This document shows, piece by piece, positions 28,992 to 38,297 of a stretch of 64,000 bases of DNA (positions are counted from its first letter, which is position 1; each line of letters begins with the position of its first letter). Source of the DNA: an uncultured Holophagales bacterium (GTDB taxonomy: Bacteria; Acidobacteriota; Thermoanaerobaculia; Multivoradales; UBA5704); assembly GCA_963842525.1 (NCBI GenBank), contig CAWJGT010000009.1, forward strand, positions 1,152,001 through 1,216,000, given 5' to 3'. Under the pieces are notes generated by a model, which saw only the letters and a program-made list of their open reading frames with translations, made no database searches and was not told the origin of the DNA. The position numbers and the translations under genes are program-made.

Positions 28992-29585
28992 ATGTTCAAC
29001 TTCGTATTCGATAAGCGATCCTTCACCCTGCTGCTCGCCGGCCTGACCATGGCTGGCGGCCTCCTGTTCTTCGCCGGGCTCCTGGTCGGGGTGAATTGGG
29101 GCCTGCCGTCCGGCAGCCAGGCGGTCTACACGCCGCCGCCGGTCCCGGTGAAGAACGAACCCTGTCCCGAGCCGCAGCCGGCCGCGCCGGCCCCGCTCCG
29201 GGTCGAGCCGGCACCCGAGCCGCCGCCGCAGGTCGCCGAGGAACCGCCGCCGCCCGTCCTGGAGGAGCCGCGGATCCAGACCGCTGCTCTCCGCGTGCCG
29301 GCGCCGCTGGAGCCAGTGGAGCCGGTGGAGGAGGCAGGCCGCTATACGATCCAGGTCGGCGCCTTCCGCAGCAAGGAGAACTCGGAGGCGGCGGTGCGGG
29401 ACCTCGAGAGCCGCGGCTACGATCCGTTCGTCGTGCCGATGACCACCCGCAAGCGGAACGTGCTGCACACCGTCCGCATCGGCCGGTACCCCACGCGGCA
29501 GGAGGCCCTCCAGGCGGCCGCCGACCTGCGCGACCGGGAGAAGCTCGACACGATCATCCAGCGCAGCCGGACCGACTCGCTGTAG
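28992..29585 (+). CDS. Membrane-anchored SPOR domain protein
   Basis: N-terminal TM, Pro-rich linker, YTIQVGAFRSKENSE..L..RGY..VRIGRY. Confidence 0.9.
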   Translation: MFNFVFDKRSFTLLLAGLTMAGGLLFFAGLLVGVNWGLPSGSQAVYTPPPVPVKNEPCPEPQPAAPAPLRVEPAPEPPPQVAEEPPPPVLEEPRIQTAALRVPAPLEPVEPVEEAGRYTIQVGAFRSKENSEAAVRDLESRGYDPFVVPMTTRKRNVLHTVRIGRYPTRQEALQAAADLRDREKLDTIIQRSRTDSL

Positions 29586-29590
29586 GAGAT

Positions 29591-29646
29591 CCTCACCCCC
29601 TGTCCCCCTCTCCCATCGCACTCCCCCCGACCGGGAGAGGGGGGAC
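29591..29646. repeat. Intergenic REP hairpin between convergent genes (possible terminator role)
   Basis: cctcaccccctgtccccctctccc...gggagagggggga. Confidence 0.65.
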
Positions 29647-29675
29647 GGCTTTCAGGCGCTTCGGTCGTGAGGCTC

Positions 29676-30960
29676 CTACTTCGTGATCGAGATCCCCAGT
29701 ATGTAGGAGTTGCCGGACCAGGCCCCGTTGATCGCGGGGTCTTCCCGGTTTGTGCGGGTGATGCGGTTCTCCGGCGCGGTGAGCTGGAAGGCGATGTCGA
29801 GCCAGTCGCGGCCGATCCCCAGGGTGAAGAGGCTGCGGTCGGAGTCGGGGAGGAAGGGGCCGAGGGTGGTGTCCGGCTGCGGTGTCTCCTCGAAGGCGTA
29901 GCCGAGCCGGATCTGAATGCCCTTGCCCAGGCCGAAGCGCAGGCCCAGACGATAGGCCAGGGCGTCCTCCTCGTAGGGCGCTTCCAGCGTCTTGCTGAAG
30001 GTCGTGTTCACGGGGAAGGCGAGCGCGATCCCCTCGAAGTGGCTCCAGCCAGCCTGTTCGACGTCCAGCTCGATCGCCGACTGCTCGCTCGGGAACCAGG
30101 CGATCCCCAGGCTGGCGGTGCCGGGGAATTCGATGATCGTCGAGGTCGGCAGGTCCTCGTCCAGGGGGAGGGAGGCGCGGGTGAGGGCGTCGAGCTGGGC
30201 GTTGCCGGTGAGCACCTGGGTCAGGCGGCCGGCGCCGGTGTAGTCGATCTTGATCGGGCTGCGGTAGGCGAGCCCCCAGGCGAATTTCTTCCCGGCCTTG
30301 TGGAGCAGGCCGGCGTTCCAGCCGAAGCCGGTGCTGTAGTCGGTCTCCGTGGCCAGGCTGGCGATGTCGACCGTCTCGCCGTTGCTCGGGTTGGTCCCGG
30401 CGATGCGCCGGCCGTGGCTGAGCTTGGAGCTCCGGTAGATCGCCCCCGCGCCGACGCCGAAGGTGGGGGCGAGCTGGTAGGAGAGCGCAGTGTGGGCGTC
30501 GAACGTCTCGAGCTTCCGACTTGGTGCTGACGTAGCGGCCGGCGAAGCTGTCGGGCTCGGCCCACTCGGTCTTGAAGGCGAACGGGGAGGAGACGCCCAG
30601 GCCCAGCTTCAGCTTGGGGCCGAGCGGCTTGACGGCGTAGACGTGGACCGGGAGGGTGAGGAGCTGCTCCTGCGCGCTCGCGGTGCCGGTCCCTGCGCCC
30701 GGGGGCAGGCCCTGGTATTGCGACTCGTTGAGCATCGCGGCGCCGAAGCCGGCGGTGAGCTTCCCCTTCTTGAAGAGGACGAGCCCGCCCGGGTTGTAGG
30801 AGACGGCCGAAGGGTCGTTCGCCTGGGCCGTGAAGGCGCCGGCCATCCCCATGGCCTTGATGCTCTGCGGCGCGCCGGTCATCCCGGCCGGGTGGGCGGG
30901 CAAGGTACAGAGGGCCGTTGAGCAGAGTGCGAGAGTCAGGGTCCGTCCGAGTTTGTGCAT
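29676..30960 (-). CDS. OmpP1/FadL family outer-membrane transporter (frameshift(s) near 30490-30520)
   Basis: Signal peptide; AMGMAGAFTAQANDPSAVSYNPGGL; LGLGVSSPF; C-terminal RLGYAFEETP..PFLPDSDR..FTLGIG. Confidence 0.85.
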
Positions 30961-30969
30961 GCGACGAGG

Positions 30970-30998
30970 AACTTAGGCCAAGGGCGGGAGAGTGTCAA
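30970..30998 (-). promoter_or_regulatory. Sigma70-type promoter of the FadL-like gene
   Basis: TTGACA - 17 nt - TAAGTT, 9 nt before ATG. Confidence 0.65.
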
Positions 30999-31158
30999 CG
31001 GCCGGCTCCCTCGCGACCGTGCAGGCCGGAGCTCTGCCGGCAGCCGGGGGTCGGCGTCCTGCAACATTCCATGTCGTCGCTACGTAAGCTCCCGAGAGAC
31101 GGCCGTCACCGAGCGGGCCACCTGCGAGTCTGGCCCCGAATCTGGAGGTTCGCGATTC

Positions 31159-33381
31159 ATGCCTCAGCCACAGCCCCACCTGAAGCCCAACCTTCTGTGT
31201 GTCGTGCCGCCGTACCTCTCCAAGGGAGCCCCTCCCCTGGGTCCTGCGGCGCTGCTGGGCTATCTCAGGTCGCAGGGCTGTCAGGACTTCGACTTCCTGG
31301 ACCTTCGGCTCTGGGTCCCCAGCGCCTATGTCCCGACCTACAGCACGGTCGGGGTCTTCGGGGAGACCTACGTCATCGACGTTCCGGACCTGCCCCTGGT
31401 CCTGCATGTCCTGGAGAATTTCGCCGCCTCGCGGGACCTCACTCCGCCGATGGACGAGCTGTTCGAGCGGTACTGCCTGGAGCGCGGGATCAACCCTCAC
31501 ACCCTCTATGGCTATCTGCTGGCGATAAACCGCTTTCTCGAGTCGTTTTTCTCCCAGGTGGGGCCGATCGACTTCATCGGGTTCACGGTCTGGAACTCCA
31601 ACTACCTGACGACGCTCATGGCCGCGGCCCATCTGAAGCGGCGCCCCAATCCGCCCATGATCGTGCTGGGAGGGCCGCAGGTCACCGAGAGCAAGCCGTC
31701 CGCCAAGCTCGCGTTGCGAGCCGGCCTCGCCGACTTCATCGGCCAAGGCGAGGGCGAGGAGACCCTCCTGCGGCTGTATGAGGCTTTCCGCGAGGAGCGG
31801 GGCATCCCCTCCCGGTCCCTGCCGGGCACGATGCGCTACGACGCCGCGACCGGGCAGTTCGAGACGGCGGAGCGCCCCCTGCTCAGGCTGGCCAACCTTC
31901 CGCTGCCGGCTTTCGACCAGATGAATCTCCCTGCCTACTGGTCCAAGGAGCACAAGCTGCGGACGTTGACCTACGAGCTGTCTCGCGGCTGCACGGACAA
32001 GTGCACCTTCTGCAGCGAGTGGGTGCTCTGGAAGCGGATGCGCCTGGGGAACATGCACCACGTGGCCGACGGCTTCGAGGAGCTTTCCCGCCGCTACAAC
32101 GCCGAGCGGATCTGGTTCATGGACTCTCTCCTGAACGCCAAGCTGGAGCCTCTCAAGGAATTTGCGGAAGAGATCCTGCGCCGCGGCCTCAACGTCAAGT
32201 GGGGAGGGTTCATGCGCGCCTTGATGGATACCGAGACCGCCGCCCTGCTGAAGCGGGCCGGCTGCGATTTCGTGTTCATCGGCGTCGAGTCGCTCGCGGA
32301 CGAGACCCTGCGGTTGATGAACAAGAGGCGGACCGAAGCGGACAACGTCAAGGCCCTGCGGGCGTTCCTGGGCGCGGGGCTGCGGCACGTCGTGGCCGGC
32401 TTCATTCCAGGCTTCCCCGGCGACACCCGGGAGCGCTTCCTCAAGACGGCGCTGGTGCTCAGTGACATCCGGCGGGACTATCCCGATACCTTCCGCGTCA
32501 ACGTCGAGCCATTTGTGATCTCCCCCGGGCAGCCGATCTATTGGCAGCTTGCGGACAGCGGCCTCGCGGCGCACAAGTGGGACGAGCCCTACCTGGACAT
32601 CGCGCCGCGGTTCCGGGACCTGACGGACGACATCGGCTGCCACATCACCGGGCCGAACCAGGGGATCGACCGGCTGGGCGAGTTCCAGATCGCCCGCACG
32701 GTCACCGCCACCAACAAGAGGCACGCCGATCCGTTCCTGTACACCGACGGGGATCCCTGGTCGACAGCGAGCCTTCAGATCGTCGAGATCAGGAAGGGGA
32801 TCTATCTCGGACGTGCGAAGAGCCCCGCGGGCCTTTCACACGGGCTCATCCTTACGGACGAGGAGAAGGAGGAATACGAGGGCTCGACCGAGCTCCTGAC
32901 GCTCAACCTCTCGGACGACGAGGGCAGTACGGAGGCCTTTTTCGACCCTGAGGCGCAGGAGAGCTTCCTGCGGAAGATCGAAGCCCGCCACCTCGTCTAC
33001 CCGAGCCGGACGGAGCCGCGGGTCCAGCGGGGCTTCTATCTGAACAATCTCGGCACCGGCAGCGAGGTGAGCCTGTCCCCGTACACGGCCGCCCGCCCGA
33101 TTTTCCAGGACGGCACGGAGGGCATTCTGGCGGTGAGCGTCGTGACGATGAAGCAGATGTTCATCCCCCTGGAAGCGGGCGCTCTTCTTTCCGCATTGAG
33201 CCTCGGGCCGAGCCAGGTGCAGGACCTCGAGGCGATCGAGCCGCACGCCGGGCTCCTGGAGGAGCTCAAGGAGAACGGGATCCTGACGATCACCAACCCT
33301 GGCGATGATTCCGGTGCCGGATCCGCCGTCCTCGCCGTCGAGGCGAAGGACGCCCTGGCGCCCGACCTGCGCCGGGCCTGA
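31159..33381 (+). CDS. Cobalamin-binding radical SAM enzyme with C-terminal extension
   Basis: PPLGPAALLGYL, IVLGGPQ, GEGEETL (B12-binding domain); SRGCTDKCTFC; IGVES, GFPGDT; GGAGG RBS before ATG at 31159. Confidence 0.9.
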   Translation: MPQPQPHLKPNLLCVVPPYLSKGAPPLGPAALLGYLRSQGCQDFDFLDLRLWVPSAYVPTYSTVGVFGETYVIDVPDLPLVLHVLENFAASRDLTPPMDELFERYCLERGINPHTLYGYLLAINRFLESFFSQVGPIDFIGFTVWNSNYLTTLMAAAHLKRRPNPPMIVLGGPQVTESKPSAKLALRAGLADFIGQGEGEETLLRLYEAFREERGIPSRSLPGTMRYDAATGQFETAERPLLRLANLPLPAFDQMNLPAYWSKEHKLRTLTYELSRGCTDKCTFCSEWVLWKRMRLGNMHHVADGFEELSRRYNAERIWFMDSLLNAKLEPLKEFAEEILRRGLNVKWGGFMRALMDTETAALLKRAGCDFVFIGVESLADETLRLMNKRRTEADNVKALRAFLGAGLRHVVAGFIPGFPGDTRERFLKTALVLSDIRRDYPDTFRVNVEPFVISPGQPIYWQLADSGLAAHKWDEPYLDIAPRFRDLTDDIGCHITGPNQGIDRLGEFQIARTVTATNKRHADPFLYTDGDPWSTASLQIVEIRKGIYLGRAKSPAGLSHGLILTDEEKEEYEGSTELLTLNLSDDEGSTEAFFDPEAQESFLRKIEARHLVYPSRTEPRVQRGFYLNNLGTGSEVSLSPYTAARPIFQDGTEGILAVSVVTMKQMFIPLEAGALLSALSLGPSQVQDLEAIEPHAGLLEELKENGILTITNPGDDSGAGSAVLAVEAKDALAPDLRRA

Positions 33382-33402
33382 GCAACCGTCCCCGAGGTCT
33401 GT

Positions 33403-34320
33403 TTGCAGGGCCCTTCCCCGTTTCCGGTCCATCCCCTGAGGGTGTGGCCCCTGGAGACCGCCCTGGCGGTGGTCAATTTTTTCTACGGCCGCCTGGAAAT
33501 GGCTTCGATGGGCCTGACCTATCGCATCGCCCTCCTGCGGTGGTACCGGCCGCGGCCGGACGACGTGTTCGTCGTTTCGTTTCCCAAGTCGGGGACGACG
33601 CTCATGCAGATGATGCTCTACCAGATCACAACGGACGGGAGCATGGATTTCGACCGGTTCGATCGCGTCTCGCCGTGGTTCGAGATGGCGTTGGGCTGGC
33701 GCGACCCCTCGATCATCGAGACGATTCCGTCGCCGCGGATCTTCAAGAGCCATGAGCTCTCCAGGAAGCTGCCGCGGGGGAGCCGCTCCATCTATCTCGT
33801 CCGCGATCCGGCGGACGTCGCGGTCTCGGCCTTCCACCATCACAGCCCGGGGGCCGGCCTTGCCGGAGACCGCGCGCGATATCTTGATCACTTTCTCACG
33901 GACCCGTCGCAGTTTGACGCGTGGGCGCGTCACGTCGAATCGTGGTGGCCGCGCCGCCGCGACGAGGACGTCCTGTTCCTGAGCCACAACCAGGTGATCC
34001 GGGACCTCGAAGGCACGGTCCGCCGGGTCGCCGCCTTCTGCGGCTTCGCCCTCCGGGAAGATGAGATGCCGCGCATCCTGGAGAGGTGCAGCCTCATCTT
34101 CATGAAGAAGCATACCGGGAAGCTCGATCCCCGAGCGCGCGAGCTCGGCCCGCAGCGTGAAGAGTTCGTCAGGGAAGGCCGGGCTGGCGCGGGGGAAGAG
34201 GCGCTGAGCCCGGTCCAGAAAGAGAAGCTCGCCAGGAAGGTGGAGGCTCTGGCCCGCCGGCTCGGCTGCACCGCCGGCGAGCTGTATGCCGTCCTGCGCG
34301 GCGGTGCTCCGGCCGCTTGA
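33403..34320 (+). CDS. PAPS-dependent sulfotransferase
   Basis: DDVFVVSFPKSGTT (5'-PSB), RIFKSH, YLVRDPADVAVS (3'-PB), FVREG; start uncertain. Confidence 0.9.
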   Translation: MQGPSPFPVHPLRVWPLETALAVVNFFYGRLEMASMGLTYRIALLRWYRPRPDDVFVVSFPKSGTTLMQMMLYQITTDGSMDFDRFDRVSPWFEMALGWRDPSIIETIPSPRIFKSHELSRKLPRGSRSIYLVRDPADVAVSAFHHHSPGAGLAGDRARYLDHFLTDPSQFDAWARHVESWWPRRRDEDVLFLSHNQVIRDLEGTVRRVAAFCGFALREDEMPRILERCSLIFMKKHTGKLDPRARELGPQREEFVREGRAGAGEEALSPVQKEKLARKVEALARRLGCTAGELYAVLRGGAPAA

Positions 34321-34329
34321 GAGAGGTCC

Positions 34330-35091
34330 TCACTCGACCGGCTTGACGGCCACGACGAAAGTCCGGTTCGAGAAGTCGTGCAGGCCCAGGTCGCGGGCCC
34401 GGTCGTAGATCCGGACCTGGGTGAAGCCGGTGGCGGTGAGGGCGGATTCAAGCTCGGCGGCCGCGTAGAACTTTTCCCACGAGGTGGAATCCCAGCGACG
34501 CCAGAGCCCCTGCTCGCCTTCTTTCCTATAGAAGAGGGTCATCTCGTAGCGGCTCAGGTGCTGCTCGGCATCGAAGGCTTCCCGGGTCACCATCACGTAG
34601 TCCTCTTCGACCTGGGCGGCGAAGCTCTGCGGCTCGGGCTGGTAGAGCCCGGCCAGGAGGACGTCGAAGACGAAAAGACCGCCGGGGCGCAGGGAACGGT
34701 GGAGGTTCGCGAAGACGGCGCTCAGATCTTCCAGGCGCACGATGTGGTTCATGGAGTCCAGGGTCGAGAGCGCCCCGTCGAAGACCGCCGGCAGGTCGAA
34801 GCTGCGGGCATCCCCCACCAGGAAATGGCAGGACGGCGCGTTGCGGCGCGCCAGGTCGATCATCTCCTCGGAGATGTCGATTCCGGTCATGCGGAAACCG
34901 CGGGCGCTCAGGGCTTCGGTGATCTGCCCGCTGCCGCAGCAAAGGTCCAGGAGCTCCGCGCCCGGCGGCATGTGCCGGAGCAGCAGCTCTTCCAGGGGAG
35001 GGACGACCATGTCGACCAGCCGGGGTCCCCAGATGCGGTTGTAGATGGCGGCATACGGTCCGTAGGTGTCGCTCTCCAGGGATTCACGCAT
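34330..35091 (-). CDS. Class I SAM-dependent methyltransferase
   Basis: LLDLCCGSG, GIDISEEM, GDARSF, DSMNH, LRPGGLFVFD. Confidence 0.9.
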   Translation of the reverse strand: MRESLESDTYGPYAAIYNRIWGPRLVDMVVPPLEELLLRHMPPGAELLDLCCGSGQITEALSARGFRMTGIDISEEMIDLARRNAPSCHFLVGDARSFDLPAVFDGALSTLDSMNHIVRLEDLSAVFANLHRSLRPGGLFVFDVLLAGLYQPEPQSFAAQVEEDYVMVTREAFDAEQHLSRYEMTLFYRKEGEQGLWRRWDSTSWEKFYAAAELESALTATGFTQVRIYDRARDLGLHDFSNRTFVVAVKPVE

Positions 35092-35285
35092 ACGAAGTCG
35101 TCTCCTCAGGAATAAAAGGTATGAATCCACTCTTCGAAAGAGTTTGCTTCACAAATCGAATCGGGAAGTCGAAGAGCAATAGGCAACTTTTCTCACGGAT
35201 TGCCCGTATACACCGCGCAGGTGTTTACGGAGCGGGGTCTATCAAGGTTGCAGGCCCGGGCAACCTTTACAGGGGGTGTGTCGCG

Positions 35286-37088
35286 ATGAATGTTTTGGGT
35301 ATCAATGCAGCGTATCACGAGTCTTCTGCGTGCCTGGTGAACAAAGGCAGGATTATCGCAGCGGTTGAGGAAGAACGGTTGAACCGCATCAAGCACGCGA
35401 AGCCGTCGCGGGTCGACAACCCGGGAGTTCTGCCTCTGCGGGCGATCGAGCACTGCCTGCGGGAGGGCGGCCGGGAGCACGGGACGCCTCTCGCGCTGGC
35501 CGATCTCGACCACATCGGGTATTCCCTCGATCCGGTGGAGCGGCTGAAGCGCAACAGCAGCCACCAGCATCCCTATCCGGTCGTCGCGGGCAGCTTCGGA
35601 AGCCCCGAAGGGGAAAGGCTTTTCCACGAGCGGAGCCGCGCGGTCGAGGAGCATCTGCGCGGGTTGGGGTTCCGCGGTTCCTTCCACTATCTGGACCACC
35701 ACGACTGCCACGCGGCGAGCACCTTTTTCGTCTCGCCCTTCGAGGAGGCGGCGGTCCTGGTGGTGGACGGTATCGGCGAATGGGAGTCCACGACCTCCTA
35801 CCGCGGAACGGGCAACCGTCTGGAGCGGCTCGACAGTATCGGGTTTCCTCATTCCATCGGCCTGCTGTGGGAAAAGGTTTCTAAATTCCTGGGATTCAGC
35901 GAATACGACGCCTGCAAGGTCATGGGGCTCGCCTCCTACAGCTCGCCGGAGCGCTACCTGGAGAGCTTCCGCCGGCTGCTCCACGTCAACGGCAACGGCA
36001 GCTTCCACGTCGACGACAGCATCGTCCGCCTGCGCAACGAGGACTACTCCGGGCTGGAGGAGCTTTTCGGGCTCGGGCGCCGGTCGCGGCCCATCGAGGT
36101 GGCCGAGAACGGTACCCGGCCCTATGTGGAGGTCGCCGCCGCCCTGCAGCGGGTGACGGAGGAGGCGATGCTGGCGGTGTCCCGCGATCTGAAGCGGCAG
36201 ACCGGCGCCAATTACTTGTGCATGGCCGGCGGCGTGGCGCTCAACTGCGTGGCCAACGGCAAGCTGCTGGAGGAGGGCCTCTGGGAGGACATCTTCATCC
36301 AGCCCGCCGCCCACGATGCGGGCACGGCTCTGGGTGCGGCCTTCCTGATCTGGAACCAGATCCTGGGGCAGCCGCGCGGCGAGGTCTTCCGCAGCCCCTA
36401 CCTGGGGCCGAGCTTCTCGGACGCGGAAATCCAGGCGGCGTTGGACGCCCGCGGCCTCGTCTATGAGCGGCCCGAGCGGATCGAGGAGGCGACGGCGCGG
36501 CTCATCGCCGGCAACCAGGTCGTCGGCTGGTTTCAGGGTGCCATGGAGATCGGGCCGCGGGCCCTGGGCAACCGCAGCATCCTGGCCGACCCCCGGCGCG
36601 CAGACATGGTGAGCACCCTGAACGTCAAGGTGAAGCACCGCGAGCCCTTTCGTCCGTTCTGTCCCAGCGTCCTCGCCCACAAGGCCGGCGAGTGGTTCCA
36701 TCTCGACCGCGCGGACCGGCCGGCGCAGCCCGCGGGCTACATGCTCGCCGCCTACCACGTACGGGAGGAGCGGCGCAACGCGATTCCGGCGGTGACCCAT
36801 GTGGACGGCACCAGCCGGGTGCAGCTCGTCAGCCGCGAGAGCAACGAAGTCTTTTTCAATCTGATCTCGGAGCTCGATCGCCTGACCGGCGTGCCGATGG
36901 TGCTGAACACCTCGTTCAACAACGACGAGCCCATCGTCTGCACCCCGGAGGATGCGGTCAACACCTTCCTGGGCACCCGCATCGACGCCCTGGCCGCCGG
37001 CCCCTTCCTCGTGCGCAAGGCGGACAACGCCGTGGACGAGCGCATTCCCGATCTGCCGCTCACCACCTATTTCGAGAACCTGCGCTGA
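35286..37088 (+). CDS. Carbamoyltransferase (NodU/CmcH family)
   Basis: LGINAAYHESSA, EEERLNRIKH, HHDCHAAS, VDGIGE, KVMGLASY, AGGVALN, EIGPRALGNRS, KHREPFRPF, HVDGTSR, LNTSFN. Confidence 0.95.
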   Translation: MNVLGINAAYHESSACLVNKGRIIAAVEEERLNRIKHAKPSRVDNPGVLPLRAIEHCLREGGREHGTPLALADLDHIGYSLDPVERLKRNSSHQHPYPVVAGSFGSPEGERLFHERSRAVEEHLRGLGFRGSFHYLDHHDCHAASTFFVSPFEEAAVLVVDGIGEWESTTSYRGTGNRLERLDSIGFPHSIGLLWEKVSKFLGFSEYDACKVMGLASYSSPERYLESFRRLLHVNGNGSFHVDDSIVRLRNEDYSGLEELFGLGRRSRPIEVAENGTRPYVEVAAALQRVTEEAMLAVSRDLKRQTGANYLCMAGGVALNCVANGKLLEEGLWEDIFIQPAAHDAGTALGAAFLIWNQILGQPRGEVFRSPYLGPSFSDAEIQAALDARGLVYERPERIEEATARLIAGNQVVGWFQGAMEIGPRALGNRSILADPRRADMVSTLNVKVKHREPFRPFCPSVLAHKAGEWFHLDRADRPAQPAGYMLAAYHVREERRNAIPAVTHVDGTSRVQLVSRESNEVFFNLISELDRLTGVPMVLNTSFNNDEPIVCTPEDAVNTFLGTRIDALAAGPFLVRKADNAVDERIPDLPLTTYFENLR

Positions 37089-37099
37089 GGGCCGGGCCG

Positions 37100-38287
37100 T
37101 TGCAGACCCCTATCGACGACGATCGCTGGCTGCGTGCCACGCCGGACCTCGTCCTCTACAGCGCGGCGGGACGAGTGATCCCACCCCGGGATTTCGCCGC
37201 GCACCACCTCGGCCGGCTCGACCCTCTGGAGGCCATGCTGGTCGCCGCGGAGCTGGAGGCTCTCGGCGCGGAGACGGCCTCCGCGTCGTCGCTCGGGCTC
37301 GACCGGCCGCTGCTGCGCACCGAGCGCTACGCCGACGGCGCGCGGCAGGTGCCGGCCCGGCGCGGCGGCGCACGCTCCGCCTACCTGCTCGCGGGGGAGG
37401 TCAAGATCAAGGCCTGCCGGCCCGAGGAGACGACGTTCCTGCAGTGGGAGCTCGACGAGGGCTTCGGCCTGCGCGTGGGGCAGATCCCCTTCGGGGTGCT
37501 CACTGCCGAGGGGGTGATGCGGGAGCTGCTGGCGTGCTGCTTCGAGCGCCGCCATGGGCTACCGTCCGCCGGCCGTCCGCTGGCGGTCTTCGAGTATTCC
37601 CCGGCGGCCCCGGAGGGCAACGGTGTCCTGGGGTACGCCCTGGCGAGCCACGTGCCGGGGGACGAGCGGGCGGAGCGCTTCCTCGACTGCGACGGCCGGA
37701 CGCTGCACGATGTGATCCGCCTGCACCGCCGGGGCCGTCTGGCGGGCGGCGAGGTGAAGCTCCAGGGCCTGTCGCGCGAGGATTTCGTGGCGGCGAAGGC
37801 GGACCTGCTCGCCACCTACAACTTCGGCGGTGGCTTCCGCGGGGTGCTCAACAGCAACATCGGCAACGACGTGATCCGCGACGGCCGGCTGCATGCGCTC
37901 TGCGACTTCGACACCTTCCGCTGCCTGCCGGTGCCGGCGGCCTCCGACCGCGAGGGCATCCGGCGTTTCACCCTCCGCGCCCACATCGAGCTGCTCAAGT
38001 CGAGCCTGCCGTTCGTCGACTATCTGGACGTGAACGGCGCGCCCGAGGCGGAGCTTCACCGGGCTCTGGAAGCCCGCTACCGCGAGCGCAGCACGATGTT
38101 CCACGTCTACTCGCTGCGCTTCCGGAAGCAGGCCGCGGGCCTCGGCTGGGACCTGGAATTGGTGGCGGCATCCGTCGACGAGGCGTTCGCCTTGCCGGTC
38201 TCTTTCGAGGTGCTGCAGGAGCTGATCCCGAACTCGTACAACGCCTGCAAAATCCAGCTCACCACCCACTACGTGCCCCACAACTGA
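37100..38287 (+). CDS. Hypothetical protein with SelO/YdiU-like pseudokinase motifs
   Basis: GGARSAY..VKIKAC..FGVL..EGVMRELL..RGVLNSNIGND..LCDFDTF; TTG start 11 nt after the carbamoyltransferase stop. Confidence 0.55.
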   Translation: MQTPIDDDRWLRATPDLVLYSAAGRVIPPRDFAAHHLGRLDPLEAMLVAAELEALGAETASASSLGLDRPLLRTERYADGARQVPARRGGARSAYLLAGEVKIKACRPEETTFLQWELDEGFGLRVGQIPFGVLTAEGVMRELLACCFERRHGLPSAGRPLAVFEYSPAAPEGNGVLGYALASHVPGDERAERFLDCDGRTLHDVIRLHRRGRLAGGEVKLQGLSREDFVAAKADLLATYNFGGGFRGVLNSNIGNDVIRDGRLHALCDFDTFRCLPVPAASDREGIRRFTLRAHIELLKSSLPFVDYLDVNGAPEAELHRALEARYRERSTMFHVYSLRFRKQAAGLGWDLELVAASVDEAFALPVSFEVLQELIPNSYNACKIQLTTHYVPHN

Positions 38288-38297
38288 GGGGAGCTGC

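Noticed and set aside
30961-31158. RiPP precursor peptide for the radical SAM enzyme
   Set aside because: No short ORF with an RBS or leader-like features; the region holds a promoter for the divergent gene
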